Below, piece after piece: positions 25,843 to 32,000 of a stretch of 32,000 bases of DNA; the stretch's first letter is position 1; the number at the start of each line of letters is the position of its first letter. This DNA is from Nitrosopumilus maritimus SCM1 (GTDB lineage: Archaea > Thermoproteota > Nitrososphaeria > Nitrososphaerales > Nitrosopumilaceae): positions 1,590,001 through 1,622,000 of the forward strand of contig NC_010085.1 of assembly GCF_000018465.1 (NCBI RefSeq). Reading direction: 5' to 3'. A program made the position numbers and the translations under genes. The notes beneath the pieces are model-generated. The model saw nothing but the letters and a program-made list of their open reading frames with translations, searched no databases and was not told the origin of the DNA.

Positions 25843-27138
25843 ATGTCAGAATTAGATCGTCACATGGGACTTTTTCATCTTACCATGTATGGTGTCGGAT
25901 TAATTTTGGGTGCAGGAATTTATGTATTAATTGGAGAAGCTGCTGAATTTGCAGGAAATTCAATGTGGATTTCTTTTTTGATGGCTGCAATAGTTGCTAT
26001 GTTTGCAGGATTAAGTTATGCTGAATTATCTGCATTATACCCAAAAGCAGCAGCAGAATACACTTTTGTAAAGAATGCATTTAAGAATAATTTTTTTGGT
26101 TTTATTATAGGATGGCTAACAGCCATTACAGGGGTCATAGTTGCAGCAACAGTTTCACTAGGATTCGGAGGGTACCTTACTCAGTTTATTGATTTACCAA
26201 TTACAATTAGTGCTGTTTTTCTCATTATTATTTTATCTATTGTTAATTTTATCGGAATAAGAGAATCTGCTTGGGCAAATACCATTTTTGCATTAATTAC
26301 TGCAGCAGGACTTGTTCTCATTATTTTTCTTGGTTTTTCAATGGAACCAATTGAACCGATTGATTATTTTGAAGCACCAACCGGAATGACTGGCATAATT
26401 CTAGCATTTGTGTTAATTTTCTTTGCCTTTATTGGATTTGAAGATATGGCAAATGTTGCTGAAGAAGTTAGAAAACCAAAGAAAACAATTCCAAGAGCAA
26501 TAATTTTGTCCATAGTGATAACTGGGATAATTTACATCCTAGTTTCGTTAGCATCAATTCGAATTCTGAATTGGGAGAATTTAGCTTTATCTTCAGCACC
26601 TTTAGCAGATGTTGCACATTCCGCAATAGGCGTGAACGGGAGTATCACACTTTCATTAATTGCGCTTTTTGCTACGGCAAGTACTGTTCTAATTACACTA
26701 GTTGCAAATGCTAGAATTCTTTACGGTATGGCAAAGAGCAATTCTCTTCCTAAATTTTTGTGCAAAGTTCATCCAAAAACTAAAACTCCATGGCTAGCTG
26801 TTATTGGAACTTTAGTGGCGTCAGTAGGTTTTGCCTTTGTTGGAGATATAGTAGTTATTGCAAATATCGTCGTTTTTGCAGTAGTAATTACTTTTGCAGC
26901 AATTAACTTGGCAGTGATTGTTCTGCGATATACAGAACCAGTTTTAGAAAGACCATTTAGAGTTCCAGTAAATGTTGGAAAATTTCCAGTTCTACCATTG
27001 TTTGGATTTGGTACAACGATTTACATGGCATTACAGTTTGAAGTTGAAGTAATTCTTGTTGGATTAGTAATAATTGCAATTGGTTCTGTTTTGTATGTGA
27101 TTTTAAAGAGAAGAAAAGATTTTATGAATTCTGATTAA
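25843..27138 (+). CDS. APC-family amino acid permease
   Basis: MSELDRHMGLFHLTMYGVGLILGAGIYVLIGEAAEFAGNSMWISFLMAAIVAMFAGLSYAELSALYPKAAAEYTF.... I prefer ATG 25843 over TTG 25819. Confidence 0.92.
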   Translation: MSELDRHMGLFHLTMYGVGLILGAGIYVLIGEAAEFAGNSMWISFLMAAIVAMFAGLSYAELSALYPKAAAEYTFVKNAFKNNFFGFIIGWLTAITGVIVAATVSLGFGGYLTQFIDLPITISAVFLIIILSIVNFIGIRESAWANTIFALITAAGLVLIIFLGFSMEPIEPIDYFEAPTGMTGIILAFVLIFFAFIGFEDMANVAEEVRKPKKTIPRAIILSIVITGIIYILVSLASIRILNWENLALSSAPLADVAHSAIGVNGSITLSLIALFATASTVLITLVANARILYGMAKSNSLPKFLCKVHPKTKTPWLAVIGTLVASVGFAFVGDIVVIANIVVFAVVITFAAINLAVIVLRYTEPVLERPFRVPVNVGKFPVLPLFGFGTTIYMALQFEVEVILVGLVIIAIGSVLYVILKRRKDFMNSD

Positions 27139-27791
27139 TTCTTTTTAGATTTTGCAAGTGCGACAATTGCAATTGCTATACCTATTAGTCCAAAACCTAT
27201 TCCTGCATAACCCATATCCATTTGTTGTGGAGTTTCTTCTAGGTTATTGACAGAATCTTTCAGATCACTAATGTCTTCGATTAATGCAGTGTGTCCATCA
27301 ATCATTTGTTGTACAGTAATATCAGATGGTTCAGGGAACTCAATGTATGCTCGTTCTGCAACTTTTGGGGGATGCATTGATAAACTAATTGGAGTATCTT
27401 CAATTGTTCCCAACATATTTGCTTGATAAAATCCAGATACGGTTGGATTTACAAATGCATAGTATTTTCCAGGAATGTTGTGATCAGGAGATAGTGGGAG
27501 TGTTATACTTTCATCTTTGTAAATTAATTGCATTTTTACTGTTTTTTTCAAACCTTCAACTCCATTTTGAAATTCTTGTGATTCAGCACATTTGATTGGA
27601 TCTGTAATTTCAGGACATGGATCCATAGGACTAACATAGAATTCAATAGCATTTGTTTCTCCTGAGACAACTGGTTCATTCATCCAACCAATCTCTACCC
27701 TATATTCCCCAACAGCATCAACAGTATGTCCATATGCAATACCAATTGAGCCTGGAATAATTAGCAAGAGAAGCAATATGCTTAGTTTCAT
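27135..27791 (-). CDS. Secreted, C-terminally anchored protein (FixH/CopC-like Ig-fold?), unknown function
   Basis: Signal peptide MKLSILLLLLIIPGSIGIAYG; beta-rich ectodomain; coiled segment; C-terminal TM IGFGLIGIAIAIVALAKSKKN. Confidence 0.55.
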   Translation of the reverse strand: MKLSILLLLLIIPGSIGIAYGHTVDAVGEYRVEIGWMNEPVVSGETNAIEFYVSPMDPCPEITDPIKCAESQEFQNGVEGLKKTVKMQLIYKDESITLPLSPDHNIPGKYYAFVNPTVSGFYQANMLGTIEDTPISLSMHPPKVAERAYIEFPEPSDITVQQMIDGHTALIEDISDLKDSVNNLEETPQQMDMGYAGIGFGLIGIAIAIVALAKSKKN

Positions 27792-27862
27792 AATAAAAAA
27801 AATCTATGATTGATTTTAAAAATGTTCTATGTTAATTGGAAAGAATTTGAGCTTTGTACCAA

Positions 27863-29308
27863 TTATGCATCAGCATACATTGAAACTTCCCAAGCTGTTG
27901 GAGTTTGAGCAAATGCAACATATTCCTTGTATTTTAATTCAGAATACACATTAAGGAAATCTTTGGTAAAAACTTCTTCAAGGAATTTTGAATCAGATCC
28001 CAAAGAATCAAGAGCACCTTTCAAAGATACAGGTAATGAACCAATTTTGTATTCTCGTTTCTTTTCTGCAGAAAGTTTGTAGACATTTTCTTCAATTGGA
28101 TCACCAGGATCAATTTTGTTTTTAATTCCATCTAAGCCTGCAAGTAATAATGCAGCTTCTAAGAGATAGATGTTTGCAGTAGGATCAGGAACTCTGTATT
28201 CTAGTCTCTTACTTTTTTCTTGATTTCTATTATACATTGGAACTCTTATTGCAGCAGATCTGTTTGCCAATCCCCAACAAACATTGACAGGTGCCTCAAA
28301 GCCAGGAACAAGACGCTTATAGGAATTGGTGGTCGGATTGGAAATTGCACATAATGCTGATGCGTGACTTAAGATTCCACCAATATAGTATCGTCCGGTT
28401 TGACTCATTTGTGCAAGTTCATCATTTTCATCATACATTGCATTTGAATCTCCATTCCACAAGCTTTGATGAGTATGCATTGCTGATGCATTATCACCAA
28501 AAATTGGTTTTGGCATAAATGTTGCAACTTTATTTTTTCGTTTAGCTTTAACTTTAACTAAATTTTTTACTCCAATAACATTATCAGCCATTTGTATCAT
28601 TTCATCATATACAAGATTAATTTCACATTGACCAGAAGTTGCTACTTCATGATGTTCAGCTTCAATTTTGATGCCAAAGTGGTTGTATAGATCATCACAA
28701 ACATCTTTTCTAAATCCTTCAAGTGTATCTTTAGGTTGAGATGGATAATATCCTTCTTTGATGTCTATTGCAGTACTTACATTTCCTTTAGCCCAAGGTG
28801 ATTCCTTAGATTCAATTGAATAGCCTGAACCACCGTACGAATGTGTTGCTGCATATGGAGATGGATAAACATTGATAGTATCAAATACAAAAAACTCTAT
28901 TTCAGGTCCCCAATTGGTATGAGTAAATCCAAATTCGCCTAGTTTCTTTGATGCTTTATGTGCAATACCTCTTGAATCTCTATTGTATCTTGAGCTTTCA
29001 TCTGTGCTACCATCATACAAATCACAAAATATTCTGGCATTTGTTCTATGTCCAGGATCATAATCAGATGGAAGAATTTTAAATGAATTTGGATCAGGCA
29101 TTAAAATCATATCAGAATTATTTACTGACTTGAATCCAACGATTGAACTTGCATCTAGTTTTTCAAGACCATTAACAAAACTATTTTTATCAATTGCATA
29201 GCTTGGCATTCCAACATTATGTAATTCACCAAAGATGTCTACAAACCAAAAATCAATAAATGCAATTTTTTCATCTTGTATAGTCTGTAATACTTGATCT
29301 GCGTTCAA
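27863..29308 (-). CDS. glnA: Glutamine synthetase
   Basis: GPEIEFFVFD...ATSGQCEINLVYDEMIQMAD...NASAMHTHQSLW...NPTTNSYKRLVPGFEAPVNVCWGLANRSAAIRVP...KRLEYRVPDPTANIYLLEAALLLAGLDG. Confidence 0.96.
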   Translation of the reverse strand: MNADQVLQTIQDEKIAFIDFWFVDIFGELHNVGMPSYAIDKNSFVNGLEKLDASSIVGFKSVNNSDMILMPDPNSFKILPSDYDPGHRTNARIFCDLYDGSTDESSRYNRDSRGIAHKASKKLGEFGFTHTNWGPEIEFFVFDTINVYPSPYAATHSYGGSGYSIESKESPWAKGNVSTAIDIKEGYYPSQPKDTLEGFRKDVCDDLYNHFGIKIEAEHHEVATSGQCEINLVYDEMIQMADNVIGVKNLVKVKAKRKNKVATFMPKPIFGDNASAMHTHQSLWNGDSNAMYDENDELAQMSQTGRYYIGGILSHASALCAISNPTTNSYKRLVPGFEAPVNVCWGLANRSAAIRVPMYNRNQEKSKRLEYRVPDPTANIYLLEAALLLAGLDGIKNKIDPGDPIEENVYKLSAEKKREYKIGSLPVSLKGALDSLGSDSKFLEEVFTKDFLNVYSELKYKEYVAFAQTPTAWEVSMYADA

Positions 29309-29395
29309 TTGATATTTTTAGAAAATCAATTTACTAATGTTATCATGTAAGATAGATTTGTCAAGATGGTCAGGTAAATTAAAAAAATTTCAGAA

Positions 29396-30742
29396 TTAAC
29401 TGGTTTTTGATGCTTTTATGGCATCTAATTCATCTTCAAAGAAGAATTTATCACCAAATGCAGGTTTTAGATCATCTAACCAAATTGCATTTTCATCATA
29501 TTTTGCAAAAAATGGTTCTTTAATCCAATTTGGATTTCTACCTTGCAAAAATCTCAAAATTAGTAATTTTTCACCATTAATTTGTGTGGTTCCTACAACT
29601 TGGACTTTTCCTGGTGTTGCAGACATACTTGGTCCACGAACAGTTCTACCTAATCCACTAACAGTTGAGTAAGCCTGACTAAAGATTTCATATGCTTTGA
29701 CTAAAGGCACACCAAAGTAATGTTGAGCTCCAGTATCTCTTACAACAAACATGTAGTAGGGGATACAACCAAGTTGAACTTGTTTTGTCCACATATTTGC
29801 CCACATTTCTGCATCATCATTGATATGAGCTAAAAGTGGAGATTGAGTTCTAATCTGGGCACCAGTTTTCCTTACTTCTTTGATTGCTGATTTTACAGCA
29901 TTGGTAGATAATTCGTTTAGATGATTAAAATGTGCCATGAATGCAAGATGCAGACCACTGTCAGTGATCTTTTGGAAAACTTGTAACATTTCTTGGGAAT
30001 CTGAATCAGTCAAAAATTTGTATGGCCAATAGGAGAGAGCTTTTGTTCCAATTCTAATAGTTTTGAGATTTGGTAATTTTGCTTCAATTAATGCATCAAC
30101 ATATTTTGAAAACATTTTTGCTTTCATTATCATTGGATCACCACCAGTGAAAAGAACATCAGAAATTTCAGGGTGTTCTGAAACATATTGAACAAGTTGT
30201 TCTCCCTCTTGCATTGCAAATTTCATTTCATCCATTCCCACAAACTGTGGCCATCGGAAACAAAAACTACAGTATGCATGGCAAGTTTGACTTTGACTTG
30301 GAAAGAATAAACAAGTCTCTTTGTATTTGTGTTGCATTCCATACAATTTTGTGCCATCTTTTAGAGTTGGAACATTTAGTTCCATCTGTCCAGCTGGATG
30401 AGGATTAAGTTGTAAGCGAATTTCATTTGCAACATTTGCTATTTCTTTTTTATCTGAAGTATTTTTTAGAGTATTTTCCATTTTTGCATAATGTTCTGGT
30501 TTTAACATTCCTCTCTGAGGAAATGTCAATACATACATTGGATCGTTTGGAATATCATTCCAATTAATTAATTGTTCAACAACATAGTTATTTGCCTTGA
30601 ATGGTAAAACATTTCCCACAACTTCCATTTCAAATTGTTTTTCTTCAGAAATATTCTGAATTTGTGGAAGATCGCGAAAATTTGATAATGTATATGATTT
30701 TAGCGAAGGGGAATCATCCCAAACTGATTCTTGATAGGTCAT
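29396..30742 (-). CDS. Lysine 2,3-aminomutase-family radical SAM protein
   Basis: CLFFPSQSQTCHAYCSFCFRWPQFVG (CxxxCxxC), SDVLFTGGDPMIMK, LKTIRIGTKALSYWPYKFL, GRTVRGPS. Confidence 0.88.
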   Translation of the reverse strand: MTYQESVWDDSPSLKSYTLSNFRDLPQIQNISEEKQFEMEVVGNVLPFKANNYVVEQLINWNDIPNDPMYVLTFPQRGMLKPEHYAKMENTLKNTSDKKEIANVANEIRLQLNPHPAGQMELNVPTLKDGTKLYGMQHKYKETCLFFPSQSQTCHAYCSFCFRWPQFVGMDEMKFAMQEGEQLVQYVSEHPEISDVLFTGGDPMIMKAKMFSKYVDALIEAKLPNLKTIRIGTKALSYWPYKFLTDSDSQEMLQVFQKITDSGLHLAFMAHFNHLNELSTNAVKSAIKEVRKTGAQIRTQSPLLAHINDDAEMWANMWTKQVQLGCIPYYMFVVRDTGAQHYFGVPLVKAYEIFSQAYSTVSGLGRTVRGPSMSATPGKVQVVGTTQINGEKLLILRFLQGRNPNWIKEPFFAKYDENAIWLDDLKPAFGDKFFFEDELDAIKASKTS

Positions 30743-30869
30743 TTAGTAAATAGTATGTTCACCCTTGTTAAAGGTTACAGGCTCAATACTATTAATTTTC
30801 TATAAATAATGATAATATGCCTTAACGTTTTATTCAAGAATATGAATTGGAGTAAAATGGTGACTAAAT

Positions 30870-32000
30870 CTGGCTGAAGAAGACTTAACACAAATCTCTG
30901 TTGGTGAATTTGAAACAGTTTCTCAGTTATTAGCATCTTCGGAGTCACTTCAAATTGCATTTACAATAATGATTTTAGGAATTATTGGGATTGTTATAGG
31001 ATATAGAAAATTTTCATCTTGGATAGGTTCTAAAAAGATCTATTATCAAAGACCACATTTTTCTAGATTTTTAAGAAGAGCTGTTCTGCCAGTTTTTGCA
31101 ATTGCGTTAATTACAGCTATTAATATTCATGTACAAACTGGTGTACTGTTAGGAGAAGATTTTTCACTTGGGGTTGATGAAGGAGTTTCTCCACAAGAAA
31201 TTTTTGCAAAAATTCTCAATACATTCAATATTTTGGTAATAGGCTATACAATTTCACATCTTGTTCCTATAGCTCTTACAAAATATGACAAATCTGGTTT
31301 AGAGAAAGAAGATTTTGATGCATGGTTTGAGATGAGAGGATTTATCGATGATAAAGATGGCTTGTTTCATAAACTCTACAAATGGCTTCCACCAAAAATG
31401 ACTCCCGAAGACTTGACAGATGAAGAATTCAATGAAATGCTAAAATCAAAAGAAGGAATGAAAAAACTAGAAGAGTTTAGGACTGCGAAAGGAAATCCTA
31501 TTGGTGGATATGAAAAGTTAGTTGACAATCCATTTGAAGAATGGAAAAAATCAGAGAGAGGTAAATATCAGAAATATTACCAAAATTGTGTCACTGGAAA
31601 TAATCAATCTGGAAGAAAATTAAGACCGGGAGCAAAACCGGATGAGATATTTCCTATTGATATTTGGAGAGAAGAAAAAAGAACACACGGATATGAACCA
31701 ATTATTCCAAGTAATCGTCCTCCAGGATATGCAAAGAAGAAAAGAGAAGGAATTCCAAGATCAGCAAAACAAATTCTGCCAATTGGAATTTTTATTGCAA
31801 CAATTTTAGGAGTTGTTGCTTGGTGGGGTGTTGATTTAATTGTATTAGCTACTGCAACAGGTGGATTAGCAATTGGTTTAGGTTTAGCATTGCAAGAGAC
31901 AATGCAGAACTATTTTGCTTATATTTTGATTAGAAAAGACAAGATTTTCGTTGAGGGTGAACGAGTACAACTAGATACAGGGTATAATGGGTATGTACAC
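30870..32000 (+). CDS. MscS-family mechanosensitive ion channel (3' truncated by window edge; start codon uncertain)
   Basis: The frame is open from 30864 to the window end. Translation includes LQIAFTIMILGIIGIVIGYRKF...FRRAVLPVF... and the MscS core GVDLIVLATATGGLAIGLGLALQETMQNYFAYILIRKDKIFVEGERVQLDTGYNGYV. Not in the supplied track. Confidence 0.85.
   Translation, partial: MAEEDLTQISVGEFETVSQLLASSESLQIAFTIMILGIIGIVIGYRKFSSWIGSKKIYYQRPHFSRFLRRAVLPVFAIALITAINIHVQTGVLLGEDFSLGVDEGVSPQEIFAKILNTFNILVIGYTISHLVPIALTKYDKSGLEKEDFDAWFEMRGFIDDKDGLFHKLYKWLPPKMTPEDLTDEEFNEMLKSKEGMKKLEEFRTAKGNPIGGYEKLVDNPFEEWKKSERGKYQKYYQNCVTGNNQSGRKLRPGAKPDEIFPIDIWREEKRTHGYEPIIPSNRPPGYAKKKREGIPRSAKQILPIGIFIATILGVVAWWGVDLIVLATATGGLAIGLGLALQETMQNYFAYILIRKDKIFVEGERVQLDTGYNGYVH

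Noticed and set aside
30775-30960. Minus-strand ORF of 61 aa between the aminomutase and MscS genes
   Set aside because: It overlaps the 5' end of the open MscS frame and has low-complexity composition.
1-32000. CRISPR arrays, transposases/integrases, toxin-antitoxin or defence modules
   Set aside because: I saw no regularly spaced repeats, terminal inverted repeats, mobile-element proteins or defence-type genes anywhere in the window. Gene content is chromosomal core plus lineage-specific hypotheticals.

Overview
The window is an AT-rich, densely coding stretch of archaeal chromosome. Its gene content (archaeal PCNA, TFS, RpoL, archaeal TyrS, BluB/CobJ cobalamin genes, MtrA-like protein, many lineage-restricted small proteins) fits an ammonia-oxidizing Thaumarchaeota/Nitrososphaeria member of the Nitrosopumilus type; this assignment is inferred, not searched. 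Most genes are housekeeping or metabolic: RtcA (partial), CopD-like, BluB, flavodoxin-like reductase, cyclophilin, PfkB kinase, dUTPase/MazG-like, MtrA-like, DegT aminotransferase, TyrS, CobJ/CbiH, aspartokinase, PCNA, TFS, RpoL, dual-specificity phosphatase, cyclase family, class V aminotransferase, ferredoxin, membrane class III nucleotide cyclase, J-domain protein, UspA, APC permease, glutamine synthetase, lysine-2,3-aminomutase family and MscS (partial). There are two tRNAs, both with unusual features. I found no CRISPR array, transposon, prophage or obvious defence island. The best second-look items are: a tRNA-Arg(CCT) with an apparent insertion in the D-loop; a pair of palindromic AACGCCGTT direct repeats 20 bp apart upstream of a 7-Cys ferredoxin; tandem paralogous microproteins missing from the ORF track; a J-domain protein with HSD instead of HPD fused to a repetitive C-terminal region; a Cache-like/HAMP/class III cyclase receptor next to it; a RecA-like protein without a Walker A motif; and several unlisted Cys-rich microproteins.
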